Source of the DNA: a virus
Lineage: Duplodnaviria > Caudoviricetes
Length of the DNA: 64,000 nucleotides
Strand: one strand, 5' to 3'
Virus record (IMG/VR): IMGVR_UViG_2585427590_000001
Coordinates: 5,971-69,970 of that record
Within the stretch, counting starts at the first letter, position 1. The number at the start of each line of letters is the position of its first letter. A program made the translations under genes and the position numbers. Positions 20,401 through 26,937 of the stretch are shown piece after piece. The notes beneath the pieces were generated by a model, which had not been told where the DNA came from, did not search any database, and saw only the letters and a list, made by a program, of their open reading frames with translations.

Positions 20401-23400
20401 TTGGAGATCCCCGAGCACTTCCGGGTGCCAAGCAAGCAGCTTGGCGAGACCAGCTCCATTGCTCGCGTTTGTGCCGGCGTTCCCCCACACCAGATCGATC
20501 GGACCAATTTCAGGATGAGAAAGAGCGCCGATAGCATCGCCGCTCTGGCGACGCTCAAGCTCAAGTGCCGCCTCACGCCACTTACCCTCGTAACCGCGCA
20601 GAATCGGGCCAAACGGACCCTGCTCTAGATCTTCATCGTCCGCTGACCGGCCGCGACGGCTTTCATCGCCTCGTGACTGATTGAAGAGGTCGGCTTCTCT
20701 GCCACGCTCCCCTCTTCCGGAAGCAGGAGATAATTCTCTCTCGCCATCTGCCACGCCTCGTCCGGACTGTACCCGCTCTCCTCGAGCTGGCTTGTCTCGC
20801 GATACGTCTGTTCGGCTGCGTCCGTCAGCGCCTGGTCGAGCTTCCCGCTCTGCTTCAGCTCCCGATACCGGGTCGGAAGGTGTTCCTTCCAGTGCTGGCG
20901 ACCCAGCTCGATCCAGTTCTGCAGGTTCACTCTCGTCTCCCGTGATCGTCGCAACGTCGAAGGCGTCCACATCGGCTGCACTCGACATCCCATCGAAGGC
21001 GGCCGCGCGCGGATCGTACTTTACACCCATATACCACGATTTCAGATATGGGCGCGCGGCCTCGCCGAGATCGCCGAGCATTGCGCTGGCGTAGGCTGCG
21101 AAGGTGCGGGCGCCCTTTTCAATGTGGTAACCGGCAAGGGTGATACCGGCTTGTAGAAGCTCCGGATCGACGCCCGAGTTGAGCTGCGATCCGTTCAGCT
21201 TCCTCCGGAGCAGCTCTCGCGCCTTGGCAGCAGCGTCTTCGGTGAAGATCTTGTTCTCGGATACTACAGGGGCAGGCTTGAGCACTGTCGGCGAAGCTGG
21301 AGTACCGGCGACAGGGCTGCTCTTCTCCCACTGCGCGAGCTCGCGCTCGCTGGGCGACGTCTGGTGGGTACGTTCACGATCAAGCGAACCATCTGGCCTG
21401 ACTTCGGCTACGCGAACACTCCAACCGCCGGCGCCGCCACGATTGAAAGCAAGCACGCGGTCCTTGCCGCCGCCGTAGGCGCCAACCTCCCGCCCAGGGC
21501 GGAAGTAATTTTCGAGCCGGTCGAGAAGCGGCGCCTTCTTCGGCTTTTTCGGCGGCGATGGTGGAGTTGCCTCCCTCGCCGCGTCAATGGCTCGCTGTCT
21601 ATCGGCTCGAAGCTTGGCTGCCTCAGCCTCTTTCCTTTCCTCCGCCGCCCGCTTCATGTCGCTGAGCGACTGCTGGAACTCCTTGCGGATAGCGTCGGCA
21701 AGCTCTTTGCCCCTGAGAACAATGCGCTGCTTGCCATCGTCTTTAAACAGCGTGAAGGTGACAGCCGGCCCCGGTCGCGTTTCAACCATGTATTTGTTGC
21801 CGCTCGCGCCGCCGACACCCCAGCGAGCGTCGATCAGATCGAGAAGCTCCTTGTTGGTAGCGTTGGCCTGGACGGCATCAGCGATGGGCTGGTCGCCGCC
21901 GTTGATCGTCGATAGGCGGCTAAGGGCATCCGACATAGCATCCCAGTCGCTACCCCAGACATCATCCCAAGGATGCTGGTCGGCATCGAAAACCTTCTCT
22001 GATGCCGGGGCCGCCGTCTTCGCCTTCTCACGAACTTCGAAGCGCTTGCCATTCTCGACCACCTCATGAGACGTGCCGAGCGATTGCTTCGCGATATGCG
22101 CCTCAGCCTTTTCGCGCGAGCCGAACCACTTCGGCGCGAACGGCTGGGCCGTCGTGCCGGACTTGAGCCATTGCTTGAAATCGCCCATCGTCGTGGAGCT
22201 GAGATCGCCGAGGCCCTTCCAGCCCGGAGCGTAGTTCTCCAGGTAGGCAGCGCGGGCCGAATCCTCGCTATCGAAACCGAGCATCACCTTGTGCTCGTCG
22301 AATCGACCATTGGCGCTCTTCTGGTCGACGACAAAGACCAGAGAACTATCGTCGAGCTCATTCACGCCTGGGCGAACGAAGGTATCGATATGATCCTTGT
22401 CGCGACCTACGGTCCCGCGGATGTAGCCATAGTGGCTCTTCATCTTCACGGACCATGGAGTGCCGTTAGGATTGACGCCCTTCCGCTCGGATCCTTCCGG
22501 GTTCTCGACAGAAATATCGAGGCCAGCGAGCTTTAGGCGACCAACCTTGTAGTTGCCTGCCTCTTTCTGAGCCTGCGTGGGCTCGGGCAGGTCATTGTTG
22601 GGAGACGTCGCCGCGTCGTGTGCGGAAGAATCTGCCGCTCGGTCTGTCCTTTGTCCTGGGACCGCGGACGCAGACACGACGCCCTGGGACATCTCGGGAA
22701 CCGGCGTGACGTCCGCCGGCGTCGACTTTGGCGTCTCGGGCGTCCGAACCGCCTCGAGCTTCTTCCGGATCGCGGGCGTGAAGCCAGCCCACTTCGATTT
22801 CTCGCTACGCTTGACGCCGGTCTCGGCGAGGATGCGCTTGCGGGCGAGATCGTCTAGTGTCAGGTCCCACCAGTCGGCGAAACTATCGCCTTCGGCGGTG
22901 ACGTCAGGCGCTGCGTTCTCTGCGGCCTCCTCGTTCTTGCGATCACGCTGCCACTGGCGGAGCCGCGTGTCATTGACCGGATGCATGTGCACAGGCAGCG
23001 CAGACCGAGCTTCCTTCGCCGCGCGATCGACGCGATAGCGGTAATCATCCGCCATCGAGGTGACGGCGGTCGTCGAGACATTGAAGGCGTCGGCTAGCCG
23101 CTTCACTTCGGCGGCACTAACCCGTTCAAGGTCCGTGTGAGCTTCCCTTCCCAACTTCTTCGCAATAAAGCGAGATTTGGCTAGATCGAACAACGCGGCG
23201 TGGTTCTCGTCCGGAAGAACGACGGTCTTTCCGATTACCTTGCGGCTATTTGGACCAGCATCACCGATTTCTCGCTCGATCAGCGGATTTCGCTCAAGGT
23301 CCTGCTTCTCGACCTGCGCCGGCGTCAGCTTGTCGACATAGAGGCGATTGACCGGCACCTGCAGAACTTCGCCATCATCCGTGCTGACAACGGCCTCGGT

Positions 23401-26400
23401 TTCGCCTTCCTCGTAGCTCTCGACCTTCGCCGCAAACCTTCCGACCTTGGAATCATCGACGATGACGCGTTGACCAGGCGACGGGCGGCCGCGCAAGCGC
23501 TCGCTCGCCGCCTGCATGTCCTTCTGAGGCGGAAGTGGCTCATTCTTGATCTCGCTGGCGATCGGCGCCTGCGGCTCCAACGCAGGGTCTTTCGAAAATT
23601 CAGGTATGCTGTCGTTGATCGGCACCGGGCCTTTCTCAATCGGGTTTTCCCGGTTGAGCTGCTCGGGCGACTTGGCGATCTGCGAGATGCTCGCGATCGG
23701 CACCTGATAGACTTCGCCGCTACCGCCATCGATGACGACTGCCTCATCGCCCTCGTAACCGTCCACGCGGGCCATGAACGGGTCGACGCCCTCGTGATCG
23801 ACACGAACAGTCGCGCCGACGGCTGGGCGGCCTTCCTGCTCACGCTGGATGTCAGCAGCGGCAGCTCGCCCCATCTCGTCGATGTGTTCATCGGCAGTCT
23901 TCCCCTGCCGCGCCATATCGAGCATCCAATCAGGCGTCTTGTACGGATCAACCGCCTGATCTTGCCGGCTCCGGATTTGCTCCTCGGCATGCTGCACCGA
24001 GCGCCCGATCGGACCCTTGGGTTGAGGCGCGACCTCCGGTGCCGGCGCTGCTGCGGCAGGTGCCGCTGCAGAGTGTTCGGGGGAGGCTGGGCTAAACGCG
24101 CCGCCTGCGCCGCCCATGCCTGCACCCATGGCACCGCCAGCCGCGATACCGGATGCAACCGCCTCCCCCACGCCTTCCGTCAGAGACTGGTTTGGATCAG
24201 CCTTCTGAACGGCCGCGTTTTCCGCAATGGTCTGTAACGCGCCCTGTGGCGCTTCTTCGAGCAGGCCCTCGCCCACGAAACCACGGGTGGCTCCGGCGAC
24301 AACGCGCTTAACGATGTTGCCACCGACACCCTCGGCGATGATCTTGGCGAGCGCCCGATCGCCCATACCGCCAAACATGCCGGTGGCAACACCTGCTGTG
24401 AGGAACGCTTGGGAGGCGGCGTCCTCGGTAAGAGCCTTGATGGCATCGTCCTCCGACATGCCACTCTGCACCATCGCCCGCACGGCGTCGGTCTGCGCCA
24501 GCTGCTCGCGGGGAAGCTTCCCGATCTTTTCACGCACATTGCGCGCTGAATCGGCTCCGCCCATGGTGCCTTCGGTGATAGCGCCGGCGAGCGTTGCCGT
24601 TCTGGCAGCAGCCGCGGCGGCCACACGTTCCGATGCGCCACCCGCAAGAGCACGCAGATATGCGCCGCGCGCCAACACGCCGCCTGGCAACATCGTGACG
24701 ACGGTACCGGGAGCACTTTCGCCGACGGTGCGGAGATAGCTGCGGGGATCGCGCCACGCTGGGCCGAAAGTATGCTTCTTATCGTCCCACCAGTTCTTGG
24801 CGTCGGCTTCCTGCTGGCGCTCGGTCACGCTCGCATTCGCCAGTTGCTGGGAATCGGCCATCTTCTGGTCGAGGGTCTTGCCCATCACCCAACGATCGAT
24901 GTCGTCGGACGCTTTCAAGAAGTCGTCACCGCCGGGCAGTTTGTGGAAAACGGTGTCGGCGAGCGACGATAGCGACTGTCCAACGCCAATCGTACCGGAT
25001 TTCAGGATGCGGGCGATGTCGCCACCAATGCCGCCGGAGCGGTTATCGGCTTCCCACTGCTTCTGCCAGTTCGGGAGCTCGCTCTCGTCGATCGCAACAT
25101 AGCGGCCCGGGTTCTGCGCCTCGAGCTGCTGCTGCCGATCGGTCACACCGGCGTTGTGCTCCTCGGTGAAAGCTCGCATCCGGTTTTGTTCAGCCTGGGC
25201 GCTAGCGTCTGCCTGCCGCCGATCGGCAGCCGCCACCTGCGTATCCACCGTCTGCTGAATCGGATTGCTGTCGGGGTAAAGCCCCATTGGGTCCTTGGCC
25301 GTGAACTGAGCATCGGCCACGATCGTGGGCGCGTCTGATTTCGTGGCAACCGCCGGCGCATCATCATGACCGTCACGAGCGTCCACCGTCTCGATATGCC
25401 AGTTTTCGTTCTTGAGCGGAAAGCGCATCCCGTACTTGCCGGCATTCGCGTGCACCCAATCGACGACTTCCTTCGGCGCCGATGAAAATTCGCCTCCGTT
25501 CCAGCCGAGATCGGCCGCATCGCCATGCTGGTGGCGCGATCCACCGGGGGCGCCGATGTTGGCGGACATGCCAGACTGCTTGAAAATCGGCTTCCACTTC
25601 TGACCGGCAGCAACCGGGCCCATGGCGTCAACGTCAGCCAGCCATGCCTTGCGGTCGATCCCGTACTTGCCGGCGTTGTCCGCGATGATCTGCGCCTGCC
25701 GCTCCGGAGAGCGCGCGCCGGAAAGGATGTCGAGGCCGGATTTCACAAAGTCCGGCGCATCGTTGAACATCGCAGTGAGACCAGACTGAAGGCCCGGCTT
25801 CATATTGCTGATGTACTCGGCGGGCTTGCCTGGCTGAAGCTTGCTCAGCAGCATGGAGCTGTCGGCGCTGGCGTCCTTCGGCTGCTCCGCCTTCTTCGGG
25901 TTCAGGATTGCCTCGAACGGATCGACGACGTTGCCATCGAGGCCGGGTGCAAATGCTGTCTTGGCGGAAGGCTTGCCCTGCCCGGACTTGTAGAAGACGT
26001 GGCGACCGCGCTTTGTCGTCTCCTGCATTGAGCTCGCCCAATCGGGCATGACGGAATCGGCGTGGTAATGATCTGCGCCGCCGGTCTCATCAGGGAGTGC
26101 GCCGGAGAACACACCATCGATGATCGCCTCGGCACGCTGGCGAATGGCTGGATCCTGCTGGGCGCGCTTGGCAGCCTCGCCCGGGGCTTCGTATCCAGTG
26201 AACTGGCTTTTCTGGCGCACAACGTCGCCGGGGCTGATGCCTCTCTCAGAAGAGCGGTTGCGAATAACGGATGCAACGTCGGCCATGCCGGCGTCACCCT
26301 CGCCCGCGGCTTCAGCAATCACCGTGTTGACGAGATCGCTTCGGTCGGCATCACTGAACGATGGTCGCGTTGATGCGCTCGACTCACTGGTCTTTGGAGC

Positions 26401-26478
26401 TTCAGGGGCTTTGCCGCCGTAGAGATTGAGAGGATCTTTCCAGCTATCGTCTCGGCCAAGGCCAATCACCAGAGGCAT
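11494..26478 (-). CDS. Giant DarB-like polyvalent virion protein (~4990 aa): SleB-type hydrolase, M15 peptidase, InPase-like, BECR-like nuclease, N6-adenine MTase, SNF2 helicase, JAB/MPN-like and PLxRFG domains
   Basis: Motifs TVIAEA.GEG/HYHADSVMPDW/HVFY; SRHQHGDAAD/ENWH; HYGYIRGTVGRDKDHID; IDLVWG/WLLTAFE; EPSVGAGNF/GNPPF; VGAGKT/DEAH/TGTP; HNHP..S..D; PLGRFG. GGAG RBS favours ATG 26478 over 26511. Confidence 0.9.
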   Translation of the reverse strand: MPLVIGLGRDDSWKDPLNLYGGKAPEAPKTSESSASTRPSFSDADRSDLVNTVIAEAAGEGDAGMADVASVIRNRSSERGISPGDVVRQKSQFTGYEAPGEAAKRAQQDPAIRQRAEAIIDGVFSGALPDETGGADHYHADSVMPDWASSMQETTKRGRHVFYKSGQGKPSAKTAFAPGLDGNVVDPFEAILNPKKAEQPKDASADSSMLLSKLQPGKPAEYISNMKPGLQSGLTAMFNDAPDFVKSGLDILSGARSPERQAQIIADNAGKYGIDRKAWLADVDAMGPVAAGQKWKPIFKQSGMSANIGAPGGSRHQHGDAADLGWNGGEFSSAPKEVVDWVHANAGKYGMRFPLKNENWHIETVDARDGHDDAPAVATKSDAPTIVADAQFTAKDPMGLYPDSNPIQQTVDTQVAAADRRQADASAQAEQNRMRAFTEEHNAGVTDRQQQLEAQNPGRYVAIDESELPNWQKQWEADNRSGGIGGDIARILKSGTIGVGQSLSSLADTVFHKLPGGDDFLKASDDIDRWVMGKTLDQKMADSQQLANASVTERQQEADAKNWWDDKKHTFGPAWRDPRSYLRTVGESAPGTVVTMLPGGVLARGAYLRALAGGASERVAAAAAARTATLAGAITEGTMGGADSARNVREKIGKLPREQLAQTDAVRAMVQSGMSEDDAIKALTEDAASQAFLTAGVATGMFGGMGDRALAKIIAEGVGGNIVKRVVAGATRGFVGEGLLEEAPQGALQTIAENAAVQKADPNQSLTEGVGEAVASGIAAGGAMGAGMGGAGGAFSPASPEHSAAAPAAAAPAPEVAPQPKGPIGRSVQHAEEQIRSRQDQAVDPYKTPDWMLDMARQGKTADEHIDEMGRAAAADIQREQEGRPAVGATVRVDHEGVDPFMARVDGYEGDEAVVIDGGSGEVYQVPIASISQIAKSPEQLNRENPIEKGPVPINDSIPEFSKDPALEPQAPIASEIKNEPLPPQKDMQAASERLRGRPSPGQRVIVDDSKVGRFAAKVESYEEGETEAVVSTDDGEVLQVPVNRLYVDKLTPAQVEKQDLERNPLIEREIGDAGPNSRKVIGKTVVLPDENHAALFDLAKSRFIAKKLGREAHTDLERVSAAEVKRLADAFNVSTTAVTSMADDYRYRVDRAAKEARSALPVHMHPVNDTRLRQWQRDRKNEEAAENAAPDVTAEGDSFADWWDLTLDDLARKRILAETGVKRSEKSKWAGFTPAIRKKLEAVRTPETPKSTPADVTPVPEMSQGVVSASAVPGQRTDRAADSSAHDAATSPNNDLPEPTQAQKEAGNYKVGRLKLAGLDISVENPEGSERKGVNPNGTPWSVKMKSHYGYIRGTVGRDKDHIDTFVRPGVNELDDSSLVFVVDQKSANGRFDEHKVMLGFDSEDSARAAYLENYAPGWKGLGDLSSTTMGDFKQWLKSGTTAQPFAPKWFGSREKAEAHIAKQSLGTSHEVVENGKRFEVREKAKTAAPASEKVFDADQHPWDDVWGSDWDAMSDALSRLSTINGGDQPIADAVQANATNKELLDLIDARWGVGGASGNKYMVETRPGPAVTFTLFKDDGKQRIVLRGKELADAIRKEFQQSLSDMKRAAEERKEAEAAKLRADRQRAIDAAREATPPSPPKKPKKAPLLDRLENYFRPGREVGAYGGGKDRVLAFNRGGAGGWSVRVAEVRPDGSLDRERTHQTSPSERELAQWEKSSPVAGTPASPTVLKPAPVVSENKIFTEDAAAKARELLRRKLNGSQLNSGVDPELLQAGITLAGYHIEKGARTFAAYASAMLGDLGEAARPYLKSWYMGVKYDPRAAAFDGMSSAADVDAFDVATITGDESEPAELDRAGSPALEGTPSDPVSGAEAEREARPGADGRSRTDVSRDKPARGERVQSGRGVADGERELSPASGRGERGREADLFNQSRGDESRRGRSADDEDLEQGPFGPILRGYEGKWREAALELERRQSGDAIGALSHPEIGPIDLVWGNAGTNASNGAGLAKLLAWHPEVLGDLQGFIDRLRVDKDRSTTRRIQLRDESGSAGVRLDYDGTAKTWLLTAFENGSRRTERSSRPLSALWGDRAASTPPRADENISDQLRDVQSAAVPAQHRAVDYTLSADDNLGEGGQKTKFAGNVAAIRLLRTLDEQKRPAMRDEQSVLAKWVGWGGLRQAFAREDGSVAKGWEKQAAELKALLSPEEYSAAESSTRNAHYTAPEIVSAVWDIARKLGFKGGQVLEPSVGAGNFLGLMPGEVRDAAKVTGVELDRITGGIAKNLYPSANIQTPMGFEKLSVPDGYFDLAIGNPPFGSEKVYDKDRRHLNKLSIHNFFFAKSVEALRPGGVLAMVVTNRFLDGQSAAARNLIAKQADLVAAIRLPNNAFLKNAGTEVTTDIVILRKRLAGEAPSSSQWLGVSDYRGRDGKVVPLNDYFIAHPEMMLGEFGAFGSMYGPDEPALIARGGQDTPAELAKAIRSLPENIMVEPGHVATETVAVPETVNDVQVGSMFAAPDGTIHQRLSDSIGQAQSSAIAFPNETAKERVSGMVRVRDAFARLRRAQIDEKASDQQIENLRNRLNTLYDGFVKKHGPINADANKRLFRDDPTWPQISALEQGFDKGISATVAKATGETTKPASAQKAAIFTKRTQQPYRRPTSASSAKDALATVLNDLGRVDLDAMSRLYGKPTGAIVSELGPLVYKTPSGAYETADAYLSGNVKQKLAEAERAAEQDSDFRRNVNALRDVQPADIEAIDIDVKPGSPWVPAKHIEDFVKHIAQSSVKPKAYYSAANAKWVLDVPTPAAAAQTQWGTDRASVDTILSAVMNGQSITISDRMGDGSTVLNQPATDAANEKAERVKAEWRRWLWDNDARRDELARLYNDTFNTDVMRSFDGGHLTLPGKVGDDIISFRPHQKNFVWRSLQSGTALADHTVGAGKTFAAIASAMEKRRIGQARKPMFVVPNHLVGQWAADFVRLYPGAKVLAATKKDFEKENRKRLFARVATGDWDAVIVAHSSFGKIGIDANYESRFIQQQMDDLEQSIGELRRNTGEKSRNVAQLTKWRDNLKAKMERLLDAGKKDDGLTFDELGVDALYVDEAHEFKNLAFATSMNRVAGLGNQAGSQKASDLYMKSRFILEKTGGNNVVFLTGTPLSNTMAEMFTVQRYLDEKALRNLGVAHFDAWARVFGEVVSDWELSPSGQYKLNSRFAKFVNMPELMQRYLSFADVITNDDIKAQLAAIGKKLPLPKVKGGKPTNITVERSPDQAAFIGEGKADDNGNLEFPKGSLVWRAENLPKKVEKGADNMLKVMSDARKAALDMRLIDPAYSDHPGSKVHVSADNIKRVYDRWHASRGTQLVFIDLSTPKKARAREEAALRALIQKADEGDEAAQEKLDNMSPDDFLALQSTFSVYDDLREKLISRGIPADEIAFIHDANTEAQKEELFGKVRSGRVRVLLGSTPKMGAGTNVQNRLVALHHLDAPWRPSDLEQRDGRGIRQGNELYGEDPDNFEIEILRYATKNTLDARQWQGIEAKARFIQQVRKGNLKTREIEDIAGEAANAAEMKAAASGNPLILEEMETRRKLRQLEGQSVEHDREQHRIKGKIRSLKQEADEIEARSSSVQKDAERAEAIADKPFEATIGGQTFDKPKEFGAAIAAAMRKELIDHAGDTELGKYGDFTLSIEHQYDRAFEVTVSGDRDYQVHVQDAADVDATGLGMRVINTVKKLSTLPQLDRERVAEAREQIPSLEKQLGPWEHSEELTETSARHRRILDALKPKQKGSANAAVAKRPDPVVRGDGRFKEAQAPERGEDESYADWARRIVLEKGQASGHEYLVAIDDDGSTIDFGTAGDPRYTGMSNKLASAMANPDRSMVLYHNHPANTPLSAPDIAATLYPGVHSIYAMGHDGYNTVGGITQTARDYLAASQNISRDSNVFGNNLASLSYEIEPFLDSLVKDRKITDAQAKDAFHHFAAIVANRAGIIDFSASKPYDTSVVPGLDRKIDEAALKLMRAFFKNGKPDPSSTGANRSSNAIRHVAGMEKLGPVGQQVASQRSSASGLSEAGAPDDSAKVSSRKSISESRVIKELNGKLVDIQPALLKTIPLNYFTELARPNMTAVGDYLRVKRLMDAYRGTKHAAADEIAGEWLKYARLGFLGKDKSRAQELANLMHNSTLAGVDPSKTDEETTKKPGYDLLRKQYMAMPVKGRELYQRVRDAYKKQALELDDILLDNVRKAQQIAHDRAEARYRKTMEKIRDSGLTGIDRRNAEEDAASAHKAETTKATWAAKARLTKMRIAFEASRVEEPYFPLGRFGRYFVTQRDIDGKVLSFSKFETAAARDRFAEELRRGAGGAKVEVGVMEAGSDLRKAMDPRIVAEIEEILGGAGVGNDIMDQIWQRYLESMPDLSARKRFIHRQGTAGFTGDALRVFSSHMFHSAHQIARLKYGLELQELTGQAMDQAKESDDQTRGVTLANELSKRHEWVMNPTGSKAAQTMTSTAFVWFLAASPAAAVVNMTQTVMLGLPILSAKFGSFAKAGAALAQASMDTVRGRGSIVNGNLSKDEKTAIKAFYESGLIDRTQSHDLAGVGETGVEYTPLRARVMGVISWAFHRAEVWNREVTALAAYRMARDAGETMSAAIDTAHDLTWKTHFDYANSSRPAVLQNDLAKVALVFRQHNINMLYRLFRDIHQSMKGETAQARKEARYQLAGVVGMMSLMAGVSGTVGFHLLMGLAGMVFGDDDDPMDFETQFKANVVDILGPELGGVVLNGVPGHYLGIDLSSRIGMPDLWFRSPSRDLQGKDEYQYWLTQTLGATAGLGETLYTGASLIYDGEVARGIEMMAPKAVRDLMKSYRYASEGLATVGGDQVLPADEMGYDDIVAQALGFNPARVAETWDRNTALKNAERRVLGERQRLVNKFAMAAMSQDDGAIDDAVRAIEKFNALPVHGGVPITKETLQRSLKTRASNSAKREDGVLIRNKILSLRLRESLSDPVYR
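14244..14429 (-). CDS. Nested 61-aa ORF in the +1 frame of the giant gene
   Basis: ATG with upstream GAGG; protein-like helical sequence (DPPTPFDTLQEWKNWAQ); the giant's own frame here is a low-complexity linker. Confidence 0.55.
   Translation of the reverse strand: MENQIQAVQGLIDPPTPFDTLQEWKNWAQSVSKWPPSDPQRQVYLKQARQMIQRKSAAEKA
20144..20172 (+). promoter_or_regulatory. Sigma70-like promoter antisense to the giant gene
   Basis: TGGACA-N17-TATATT. Confidence 0.6.
20180..20260 (+). ncRNA. Candidate structured, tRNA-sized antisense RNA
   Basis: Starts ~7 nt after the -10 box; GCTCGCGGCG pairs with CGCCGCGAGC; internal GGGTTGAC/GTCACCC hairpin; ends in GCCA. Confidence 0.45.
20625..20930 (-). 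CDS. Nested 101-aa ORF in the +1 frame of the giant gene (weakly TnpV-like helical protein)
   Basis: GGAG-N7-GTG; NWIELGRQHWKEHLPTRYRELKQSGKLDQAL...AWQMARENYLLLPEE; the giant's own frame here is an R/G/S/D/E-rich linker. Confidence 0.7.
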   Translation of the reverse strand: MNLQNWIELGRQHWKEHLPTRYRELKQSGKLDQALTDAAEQTYRETSQLEESGYSPDEAWQMARENYLLLPEEGSVAEKPTSSISHEAMKAVAAGQRTMKI

Positions 26479-26500
26479 GCGCGCGGGCTCCATCGTAAGA

Positions 26501-26555
26501 GCCGCACTCATGCGCGGTAAATGACAGGCGATTTATAGGCAATCCCGACAGTTTT
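26501..26555 (-). promoter_or_regulatory. Putative late promoter plus GCGCATGAGTGC leader hairpin of the giant gene
   Basis: AAAACT.TCGGGATTGCC-TATAAA, then 16 nt, then the hairpin; matches 7681-7736. Confidence 0.6.
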
Positions 26556-26668
26556 TGGAAGCGCAGATTGGCCTTAGCCGAGGTGCTCTTCAATGTGATC
26601 AATGGAATACCGGCCGAAATATAACTGAAACGGGCATGGCCTGATGACGTCGGCCTCGGCTCCAACGT

Positions 26669-26714
26669 ATTGACGTCATATCGTGTATACGTTATCGCTT
26701 CAATCATATATACG
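26669..26714 (+). promoter_or_regulatory. Promoter/operator, copy B of the 46-bp repeat
   Basis: TTGACG-N17-TATCGC with TGTATACG; homologous to 10494-10539. Confidence 0.6.
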
Positions 26715-26743
26715 TTTGGCGAAACGGAAAAGGCAGGGCATTC

Positions 26744-26887
26744 ATGACCGATACAGTAGTTGCTTTGGGTCAATCGCACGATATGAGCGCACTATCCGAC
26801 ATTCTCGTCGCTTGTGGAGCGCTCTTCGTCACAGGTCTCGTTATGTTCCTAGTCAGCAGGAAGCCTGAAATCAAGGACCGTAGCTGA
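26744..26887 (+). CDS. Small single-TM membrane peptide (47 aa), moron-like
   Basis: Manual translation MTDTVVALGQSHDMSALSDILVACGALFVTGLVMFLVSRKPEIKDRS; promoter upstream, CCGGCGC/GCGCCGG hairpin downstream. Confidence 0.5.
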   Translation: MTDTVVALGQSHDMSALSDILVACGALFVTGLVMFLVSRKPEIKDRS

Positions 26888-26937
26888 ACTAAAACCATGA
26901 CCGGCGCTGGCTTGTGCTATGACGCGCCGGTATCCGC

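Noticed and set aside
23325-24158. 277-aa same-strand alternative-frame ORF in the giant
   Set aside because: R/S-rich frame-shift composition, while the main frame encodes folded repeats, unlike the two accepted nested ORFs
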